A DNA stretch of 63,773 nucleotides, filler included, from Octopus bimaculoides (lineage: Eukaryota): NCBI RefSeq assembly GCF_001194135.2. It is 6 parts of 5 records of this genome, joined end to end, with 100 filler letters (N's around TTAATTAATTAA, not from the genome) between each part and the next. Parts side by side here need not be neighbours in the genome. Positions count along the whole stretch, not along the records: positions 52,403 to 56,919 come from NC_068982.1; positions 57,020 to 62,290 come from NC_068982.1; positions 62,391 to 63,773 come from NW_026431676.1; 3 more parts are not named here. One strand, 5' to 3'. Each line of letters begins with the position of its first letter. The first letter of the stretch is position 1. Position numbers and translations under genes: made by a program. Below, piece by piece: positions 54,719-63,773 of the stretch. The notes beneath the pieces were generated by a model. It did no database searches. It was not told the origin of the DNA and saw only the letters and a list, made by a program, of their open reading frames with translations.

Positions 54719-54989
54719 TGTTATGGGTATGTGGGTGTGAGTGCTTGTGTGTGTATTTTATTTTATCTTACTTTACCTTATATATGTGTGTGTATATATA
54801 TATATATATTTATATATGTGTGTGGGTGTATAGATGTATATGTGTGTAGGTGTTGTGTATCTGTGTGTATGTGTGTGTGTGTGAGCGTATGGATGGTTTG
54901 CATCTGTGTTTGTTGGGTATAAGCAAATAGTTCTCCATATTCTATTATAATGTATCACACGGTTACCTCCCTTTAGCTTTCGTCCGTAA

Positions 54990-55200
54990 TAATGAAAATA
55001 GTTTCATTCATTTTTCCATCTTTTCTTTTCTCGTTCAGACACTTATTTTTCAATTAGAAATATATCTTAGATGTATTCATAACAGAAAAACATATCCCTA
55101 ACCGCACGTATTATTTATTACCGCTCTTAGTATTTAAGGCCCCTTAGACAAGGCATTCCTTGAATATTTTCTTTCTCTTTTATTTGTTGTGTATTGTATT
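54990..55200 (-). mobile_element. Possible PLE N-terminal fragment
   Basis: RNALSKGLKY..RDMFF..IHLRY resembles the LSKGLKF..D..F.R.LRL.Y motif of PLE N-termini. Confidence 0.35.
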
Positions 55201-56302
55201 GATAGATTTAACGGACCCGAACAACGCCACTGTTTTCAAATATTAGCTGACCAATTAAGTTGTAGGATTAGCATTGGCCTCACCCTACTCATCATAGGGG
55301 TATTATGATGAGATTTTTATACCCAAATTGTTTCCTCATTGATATAGTTACATATTGATTTCCCCGACTAAGTTCACACTAAGTTAATGTTGTTAATTTT
55401 ACGGTTATTCTATTGCATAGGCTTTAGCTCCTAAATAATGACCCCTGTGATATGAACCATCCCACTAACCACACTATAATGCTTAACCCTTGCTATATCC
55501 CCTAGTAAGTTGAAATAAAATGTAATCTCATAACCTATGGATATTACCTTGGAATTGACGTTTTTTTTTACCATTCCTTACTATTTTTATTATTTTATTA
55601 TTTTATTTTACTTCCTCACATGTTTGAGTCTTACCATTATGGACTCTCTGATGAACCTTTGGGGCTAATCTATTTCTGTTTACCCCCACTTATACCTATT
55701 GTTCAATTGCGCTATTGCCTTGCAACAGTAAGCACTTGGATATAAATACATAGGTATACATCCAGTAGTATATTGGATATTTATTATCCCTTAAATGATT
55801 GTTTAACCTCTAACACATATAGACGTGTATGTGTATATNNNNNNNNNNNNNNNNNNNNNNNNNNNNNNNNNNNNNNNNNNNNNNNNNNNNNNNNNNNNNN
55901 NNNNNNNNNNNNNNNNNNNNNNNNNNNNNNNNNNNNNNNNNNNNNNNNNNNNNNNNNNNNNNNNNNNNNNNNNNNNNNNNNNNNNNNNNNNNNNNNNNNN
56001 NNNNNNNNNNNNNNNNNNNNNNNNNNNNNNNNNNNNNNNNNNNNNNNNNNNNNNNNNNNNNNNNNNNNNNNNNNNNNNNNNNNNNNNNNNNNNNNNNNNN
56101 NNNNNNNNNNNNNNNNNNNNNNNNNNNNNNNNNNNNNNNNNNNNNNNNNNNNNNNNNNNNNNNNNNNNNNNNNNNNNNNNNNNNNNNNNNNNNNNNNNNN
56201 NNNNNNNNNNNNNNNNNNNNNNNNNTATATATAATGTGTGTATGCTTAAAATAGGTAAAGTTACTGATGGGAATATTGCATTTCCTTATTATTATTATTA
56301 TT

Positions 56303-56847
56303 GAATGAGAGAGCAGTGCATGCTATCAAAGTGACTCTGGGGTAAAATAAACAAAACCCAGTATACCTAACAGGAGTACCCATCTGATAAGGGCACACCA
56401 GGCACATGCATCACAACCATATGTGCACGATATGGTGAGCTCATATCAAGATAAACAGTACATGACCTCGCAAGTGGGGCCCAGTTAGAATTTTTTTCAG
56501 GTCGAGTAGTTCATCCTGCTCAAAAGGTCCCTGAATAAGGGTTATTTAAGGATGTTGAATGAAACACCCATGTTGCCAAAGGCAAATTATTCAAACCCCA
56601 AAGAATTCCTCTCAACTATGATGCTCCCCCACTACTTTTGCTCATGATCAGAGATGCACATATCGTCAGCCACCAAGGGACATGCTCAACTGGTTATGGT
56701 CAAACAATTGACAGGAAAATCTGTGGTATTAAGCAGAATATTTGCTGTAGCTCATCTTTTATACCAAAACAAAACATATACATGATAATACTTCCAATCG
56801 GTAAAGATCAGAAGCCATGAGAGCCAGTGCCTAGCACTGCATCAGGG

Positions 56848-56849
<2 letters not shown>
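56303..56849 (-). mobile_element. Element C copy 3
   Basis: Reverse complement is collinear with the other copies; (ATT)n on both sides. Confidence 0.85.
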
Positions 56850-56881
<32 letters not shown>

Positions 56882-57019
56882 GGCAACAAAACGGGAGAAT
56901 TCCTGCTTTTGTTTGTCGGNNNNNNNNNNNNNNNNNNNNNNNNNNNNNNNNNNNNNNNNNNNNTTAATTAATTAANNNNNNNNNNNNNNNNNNNNNNNNN
57001 NNNNNNNNNNNNNNNNNNN

Positions 57020-57250
57020 GGCACATAAAAGACACCATTTCGAGCGTGGCTGTTTTCGTGCAGGTGACACGTAAAAGCACCCACTACACTCTCTGAGTGG
57101 TTGGCGTTAGGAAGGGCATCCAGCTGTAGAAACTCTTCCAAATTAGATTGGAGCCTGGTGTTGCCATCCTGTTTCACCAGTCCTCAGTCAAATCGTCCAA
57201 CCCATGCTAGCATGGAAAGTGGACGTTAAACGATGATGATGATGATGATG
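57020..57250 (+). mobile_element. SINE/LINE 3' tail of RTE type ending in (GAT)n
   Basis: ggttggcgttaggaagggcatccagctgtagaaac...aacccatgctagcatggaaagtggacgttaaacgatgatgat; degenerate relatives at 57420-57580 (+) and 61200-61500 (-). Confidence 0.7.
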
Positions 57251-57919
57251 ATAAGTGACAAAAGGTTGTGGAGCACTACTCTGTCATACTCTAGCCTCTC
57301 AAAGCCTGGTATAATGCCTTCTTCCCTGACTCCATTTAGTTAAGTGAGCATTTCTGTATTCTTTTCCTGTCTTGCAAGTTACTTGACAACCTTGCTTTTG
57401 CTAAAAGCACAAAGAAAGCACCCAGTATATCCTATAAAGTGGTTGGTGTTAGGAAAGCATCCAGCTGTAGATACTATGCCAAAGTTGATATTGGAACTCA
57501 ATGCAGCCCTGCAGCTCACCAGATTTTGTCAGACAGTCCAACCCAGGCCATCATGGAAAATGCACATGAAATGATGGTGATGGTGATTATGTTATAGTAT
57601 GGGTACAAGGATTGCTTAACCCAGTGTCCCAGAAAGTAAGTATAACAATGCCGTAGAAGTAGTGTGTGTGCTTTACATAAACTGATTTAAAAGAACCAGA
57701 GATGTCAAATTTTGACTATTTAATGTTGATACTCATCAGAAATACAAAAGAATAGCCAGCCATCTCATCTGAGCAAATATGGTTTGATAACTTGTACCAT
57801 GTTTTGGCTAATTGTTTTAGATATAATCAAGAGCAGACCAACACTCTTTTGGCCTCTTCAGCCTTGAACCTGTTGAACATTCAGGATGTAACACTTGGTG
57901 AAAAAGTGGGCTGCACCAG

Positions 57920-58060
57920 CAACCAGCTGGTAATTTTTACAACAGAATAGACTGGAACAGTATGAAATGAAGTGCCTTGCTCAAGGACACAACACATTGC
58001 CTTGTCCAGAAATTTAACTTATAGCCTTATGTTAATAAATCAACCACTAGGCCACATGTT
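57920..58060 (-). mobile_element. Degenerate tRNA-SINE of a third family
   Basis: gaaatgaagtgccttgctcaaggacacaac...aaccactaggccac. Confidence 0.55.
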
Positions 58061-58246
58061 CTTTATCCCTCAGAAATAAGGAAATAGAACTGAAATGTAA
58101 TTGAGCATGACAGACTGAAAAAAAGATATAGGGTAAAAGATTATTAATTTATTAATAAATTAATAATTAATAATCTTACCAAGTAGTTCGGTATGGAAAA
58201 AACCATTATCGGTAAGGAACTTTTATAAAAAAAGTTCTTTTAAATT

Positions 58247-58786
58247 TATAAGTATAATTAAGGGATCAGCAACAGTTGCTTCACCACATACCGAAAATTA
58301 GAAATAGCAGTTAAAGTGCTAATTCTACTACTAGAATAAGTCTCCAACAAATAGCAAATACCTGTAACTCACATAGGCAAATACAAGAAGAAAGAAACAG
58401 CGAAACTAACCAGCCTCTAGTTAAACATGTATGTGTTTCTGGATCAGATATATAAATTCGGATATGCTGTTTTTGTTATATGATGCGCGATGTCGCCTGG
58501 TCGAGCATACATGGTTTTTGCCAGCATTTTCAAATTTATAATCTGGAATAACATACTGATGACGGAAATGAATTATTTTACTATTCTGATCCAGAAACGC
58601 ATATATGTTTAACTAGAGGCTGGTTAGTTTCTTTATTTTCTTCTTCTTGTATTTGCCTATGTGAGTTATAGGTATTTGCTATTTGTTGGAGACTTATTCT
58701 AGTAGTAGAATTAGCACTGTAACTGCTATTTCTAATTTTCGGTATGTGGTGAAGCAACTGTTGCTGAACCCTTAATTATACTTATA
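58247..58786. mobile_element. MITE/foldback, ~202-bp inverted arms (~95% identical), 136-bp spacer, TA-flanked
   Basis: 58247-58448 matches the reverse complement of 58585-58786. Confidence 0.88.
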
Positions 58787-58794
58787 TATAGGGA

Positions 58795-58851
<57 letters not shown>

Positions 58852-58864
58852 ATATATATATATA

Positions 58865-59150
58865 TTATAGCCTCAGTCCAACCAAAGCCTTGTGAGTGTA
58901 TTTTGTACATGGAAACTGACAGTATATATGTGTATATTTGTGTGTGTGTGTGTATCTTTGTTTGTACCCCAACAATTGCTTGACAGCTGATGTTGCTGTA
59001 CTTCCTTCCCATAACTTAGCGGTCCAGCAAGAGACCTTGATAGAATAAGTACTAGGCTTGGAAAGAATAAATCTTGCACTGGATTTGTTTGAGCAACGGC
59101 CATACTCCAGCATGGCCACAGTGACATGACTGAAACAAGTAAAATAATAA
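58865..59150 (+). mobile_element. SINE family A, degenerate
   Basis: ccaaagccttgtgagtg...gatagaataagtactaggctt...ctccagcatggccacag. Confidence 0.75.
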
Positions 59151-59579
59151 AAAAAACTAGGCCATTTTAATCCCGAGCAAGGCTGGGTATCTCTGCTAGT
59201 AATAATATAAACACCAAATGCACAAGGACTTATAATAGATATAGGACAAACAAAAGCGACTTTGATGAACTTTGATGAACACCCATAGAATATTTCTATC
59301 TCCCTAGGAGGAATTATTATCTTCATACAATAGCAAGAGTAAATTCCAATGGGCATGAGGATGGGAGAAGGGGGGGGGGAAGACATAGTAATGAAAAGAG
59401 GAGGAGAAATGGTTAGAATAGGGTCTTTTACACATGTGATCTAAAAGAGATTACATAGAATTACATAAAGTTGAGCAGCAAGCACATTGGATGTTGCATC
59501 TATTGGAAGTGGTACACATATTTCCAGTTTAGGAGAGCAGAGGTTGTTACTGAAATGGTAGAATAGACTTTTTATTCTT

Positions 59580-59945
59580 TTATTCTTTTACTTGTTTCAG
59601 TCATTTGACTGCAGCCATGCTGGAGCACCGCCTGTAGTCGAATCAAATCGACCCCAGGACTTATTCTTTGTAAGCCTAATACTTATTCTATCGGTCTCTT
59701 TTGCCGAACCGCTAAGTTACGGGGACCTAAACACACCAGCATCGGTTGTCAAGCGATGTTGGGGGGACAAACACAGATACACAAACATATACACATGCAT
59801 ACATACATATACATACATACGACGGGCTTCTTTCAGTTTCCGTCTACCAAATCCACTCACATGACTTTGGTCAGCTCGAGGCTATAGTAGAAGACACTTG
59901 CCCAAGGTGCCACGCAGTGGGACTGAACCCGGAACCATGTGGTTA
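59580..59945 (-). mobile_element. SINE family A, near full length
   Basis: Head, CORE-like segment, internal (CA/TA) tract and 3' end are all present. Confidence 0.88.
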
Positions 59946-60379
59946 TGCTATATGTTGATGAATGACAGCTTCCCTAACAGGTATTCTCTTGGATGCTGAC
60001 CAGACTGTATATGATATGTTGTTTGTCCTAGACGTAAAACAATTAGTGTGAACTCTTAGAAGATATACAGAAAAAATATTGATGAAAAGAGAAAAAAAAC
60101 AAACCTGATCTTACAATGAGTGTAAGTCATCACATCCCATCACCTGGCTCAATGAGTCTTTATGTGGTTACTCTACCTGCTAGAAATGGCAGCAAAATCT
60201 GCTTAGATCACACTGTACTAGCTTAAAAAAGGATATGTTGGATAACATGGTCCTATGTTCTCTGCATAACAAAAAAAATAATAAATAAAATAAAAATGAC
60301 TGATGGCCATGGCTGGAATATCTTCGATCATAATAGGTCTGTTTTGATAAGGCTAAGCATCACACCAAGCAATAAAACA

Positions 60380-60600
60380 TTACACCATTCACTAGTCACT
60401 CATACAACCCAATCAACAACTTAAGCACACCCACCTCTTCCTCAACTCTTCCCTCACCACTGTAACCTCTTCCATATAACATAGCAAAGCAGTTAACTTT
60501 GGTAATGACAGAGTATCTAGCAATTCTTCCTTTGACTCCCACCCACCTATAAAACATGGAACATTTCATCTCTTCCTCATCTCCACACATCTGCTTCCTT
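60380..60600 (-). mobile_element. Possible RTE-type AP endonuclease fragment
   Basis: RWVGVKGR..G.G..VEEEV..LKLLIG is a loose match only. Confidence 0.3.
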
Positions 60601-61600
60601 TCTTACTTTGATATATGTGTTTTCTCTAGTATCATACCTGACCTTTAACTATGGATGGGGGAGGTGCAGTATTTCTTCTGCACTTCCTTTCCCCTTGCTA
60701 CTTGCTCAGTTTTCATCTTCAATTTCTTCAACTTCGAATCTATTTTGGCAATAAGTTCTTGGGGGAAGGATAACTGGTAACAACTGGTGACTGAAGATAT
60801 TGTAAGTAATTGTGTTACACTGAGAAAGGTAAAGAGTTTCTGTTAATTTGTTATAGATAGTGACCGTAACATTCTTTTACACATTGAGTTACCCTAAGGT
60901 ACACAATAGGTCAGTGAATGTTTGTTGTTGAACCTTAAGTTTAAGTTAAATTGATCAGGATAGCATTTCAAATCAGTAAATAGTATGGTAATAAGCTGAA
61001 ACTTTGCTACAACTTTTGTGTTGCACCAATTAGAAAAGATCAAAATACATATAGATTTGGCTCCTGTAAAAAAAAAAAAAATCAGAAAGCTAACAACAAA
61101 AAAATCTGTACTTGCCAGAAAAAGGATGTAATTAGTTTAAGATTAATATTGTTTTTTCCTCATCTTAGAGTTATCTTTAGTTAGCTTTCTCATGCTTTGT
61201 CGTCATCATCATCATCATCATCATTTAATGTCCACTTTCCTTGCTGGCATGGGTTGGACGGTTTGACTGAGGAGTGTGGCAAGCCAGAAGGCTACACCAG
61301 GTTCATATATCAAATATGCTTACACCAATATAAAATAATCATGCAACATCCATTTTTCCATGCTCAAATGGGTCAGATGGAATTTCTACAGCCAGATGCC
61401 CTTCCTGTTGCCAACCCTCACCTGTTTTCAGGAAAAGTAGTATTTCCCCACATAGGCAGGCAGACATGTTTTCATGGAAGACTGGAAATGAACAACATCA
61501 CTTGTGTGCTTGTTTACAACCATCATGTGATGTCAAAAGAAAGATACATGCAAACATGCACGAAGACATACATACATACATACATACATATATACATACA

Positions 61601-61632
<32 letters not shown>

Positions 61633-61679
61633 CAACATACATACATACACAGAATAGCATCAACAGTAAAATATGCAAT

Positions 61680-61935
61680 TGACCCAGAAACTTTCACCAC
61701 AGCTGTAGGCAAACTGCATAATGGGAAGGCACCTGGAAAGGACCTAATAGTTGGACACTGGCATAAGAGGCTTACAGTTTACAGGAAACCACTAATAAGT
61801 ATATTCAAAAGTACTATGGAAGGTCAGATTGACATATCAAATTGGCTTGCCATGGCATGGACGAATTTTGTAGCCCAAAATGAAACTACCAAGTTGCCTG
61901 AAAACTGCAGGCCTATTGCTTGCCTAAACATTATA
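61680..61935 (+). mobile_element. R4/Dong-like RT N-terminal fragment
   Basis: KAPGKDLIVGHWHKRL; LPENCRPIACLNIIY. Confidence 0.75.
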
Positions 61936-62390
61936 TATACATTTCTTTTATTAGCCACACAGGGCTCAACGAAGATGGGACAAATACAATGTAGAGCTTT
62001 TCTTTTTGGGAGGGGGAAGGAAGGAAAAAAAAAAAAAAAAAAAATGGTGGTGTCGATCAAAAGGGATCGTAGGAAGGGAAAAAGGGGCAGTTCGATCAAA
62101 AGGGATCGAAAAAAAAAGAAAAGGAAAGGCCGATCAATAGGGATCGTGTATCACACAGTAATGTTCTCGTGTAAAAAGAGGGGAGGACAGTTTAGGTTTA
62201 GCCGTGGAAGGAAAAGCCCACGGAAAAGACCACGGAAACCTTGGTCAATATTCTCATTGAAGAAACTATAACAGTAAGTGACTCTCTTTTNNNNNNNNNN
62301 NNNNNNNNNNNNNNNNNNNNNNNNNNNNNNNNNNTTAATTAATTAANNNNNNNNNNNNNNNNNNNNNNNNNNNNNNNNNNNNNNNNNNNN

Positions 62391-63043
62391 AAGAGGACCA
62401 AACGGATCACCGAGACAAGGCAAATGCCACCAGTGCTGTATCCGCTGCTGAGGGCTGCAATGGCCATGGTGAATACAGCCAACGCAGCAGCACACAAAGC
62501 GACAGAGACAGGAGAGCAGACTAGAAGACGATGAACACAAACACAAACAGGCTTCAAGCCCAAGCACGTCATACAGAGAAAAAGAAACAAATCTGTAAAA
62601 TCTACCTAAATGGTACCTGCTGGCACGGGGAAAATGGGCGAAACTGCAAATTTGCTCACCCCAAACACCACCAGTTAAACAAGGTAGATAACCACTTAAA
62701 ACAAAATAAGTGGGAGCGCAGAAAAGGGAGACCAGAAAGCTTAACCCTACATACACATAATCCACCGAATGCCAACATGACTCACAAAGGGAGAAGTCCG
62801 TATATTCCTTCTGCTCCCAGCAAAAGGTTGTATGCAGAGGCTGTACGAACTCCAGCAGCTGACCAGCAAGCTTTTTTAAGCGTGGCCCAGAAAATGGTAC
62901 AACAGTTAACGTGGATGCAGAGGGTACAGAGTCAACACCACATGAACCATTATCCAAGACCACCACAGATGATGGATCAGGGATGGCCACTAACCCTAAC
63001 ACCAGGAACCCCTGCACAGGTATCACACCCATATTCCTACTGA
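62391..63043 (+). pseudogene. LINE ORF1 with CCCH-type zinc finger (5' end lost in gap; upstream part disrupted)
   Basis: CKIYLNGTCWHGENGRNCKFAH (C-x7-C-x8-C-x3-H) in ORF 62531-63043, which overlaps ORF2. Confidence 0.65.
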
Positions 63044-63773
63044 ATACCCGGGGCCTATTACGAACAGGTGACAAAGACAAGTTTCTATACCTGAAAGACC
63101 TAGTTACATGCAATCAAGCAATATGCATGGTGCTTAAGGAAACGCATCTAACACCTAATATAGCAGATGCTGAGATAGACATACCAGAGTATGACGTACT
63201 CCGAACAGATAGAAGGGATAGAAGTCATGGGGGAGTTGCAATGTACATCCGAGAAGATGTCACATCTCTACTACTCCTATCACACTCAAATTCTGTCTGT
63301 GATACTTTAATAGTACACATAAAACAGATTCATGTAGTTGTATGCTCAACATACCGTCCACCAAATACCGCAAAGCAGGAGAGTAAATTTGAGGACAGCC
63401 TCAGACGCATAGAAGAGGTCTTGACAAATCTGGACCAACAGATCAATATACTTTTCCTAGGCGACTTTAACCTCCCAAATGTTAAATGGCCTGAAGGTCA
63501 CATCCTCTCTGGGATGTCACTGCATGAACAAAGCCAGGCAAAGTCTTTGTTAGAACTATCCCACATACTGTTCATGGAACAAGTGATACTCCAGCCCACA
63601 AGAGGATGCAATATTTTAGATCTCTGCTTCACAAACAATGTGAGCCTAATCCATAATGTGAAAATAACGCCCACTTCTCTCTCAGATCATAACATTATAT
63701 AATTAACTATGTATGGTCCTAGGCAACCCACTGTCACCCACCCCACCAGGAGGACTCAAGCAATATCCAACCT
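62911..63773 (+). mobile_element. CR1/L2-group LINE ORF2, AP endonuclease domain (premature TAA at 63700-63702; runs off the window)
   Basis: NTRGL, ETHL, RTDRRDRSHGGVAMYIRE, YRPP, GDFNLPNVKW, PTRGCNILDLCFTN, SDH. Confidence 0.92.

Noticed and set aside
55610-55670. Hammerhead-like gagtc..gactct-CTGATGA-acctttggg (also CTGATGA near 45955 and 58555)
   Set aside because: The GAAA core and/or stem I/III pairing is missing; at most these are decayed motifs and cannot be supported without a covariance-model search.

Overview
Eukaryotic, AT-rich, gap-riddled genomic DNA with no recognisable intact host gene. The SINE families and extreme microsatellite load are consistent with a cephalopod (Octopus-type) assembly; this is my inference from remembered repeat sequences, not a database hit. 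The window is a transposable-element graveyard. It holds about 11 fragments of R4/Dong-like (RLE-type) non-LTR retrotransposons, many abutting (AAT)n tracts, and three full-length copies of a ~550-bp non-coding element always embedded in (AAT)n in the same orientation. It also holds a 5'-truncated Penelope-like element (RT thumb + GIY-YIG) bracketed by ~450-520-bp inverted repeats, further PLE fragments, a CR1-group LINE with a CCCH-finger ORF1 and AP endonuclease at the right edge, a Tc1 transposase relic, probable hAT-like and Gypsy relics, several foldback/MITE-like elements and many tRNA-SINE copies. Most ORFs in the supplied track are microsatellite or N-gap artefacts. The best candidate for an under-described system is an (AAT)n-targeting retroelement community: Dong/R4 LINEs plus a putative non-autonomous partner. 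All protein-family calls are motif recognition by eye; identities and boundaries are approximate.
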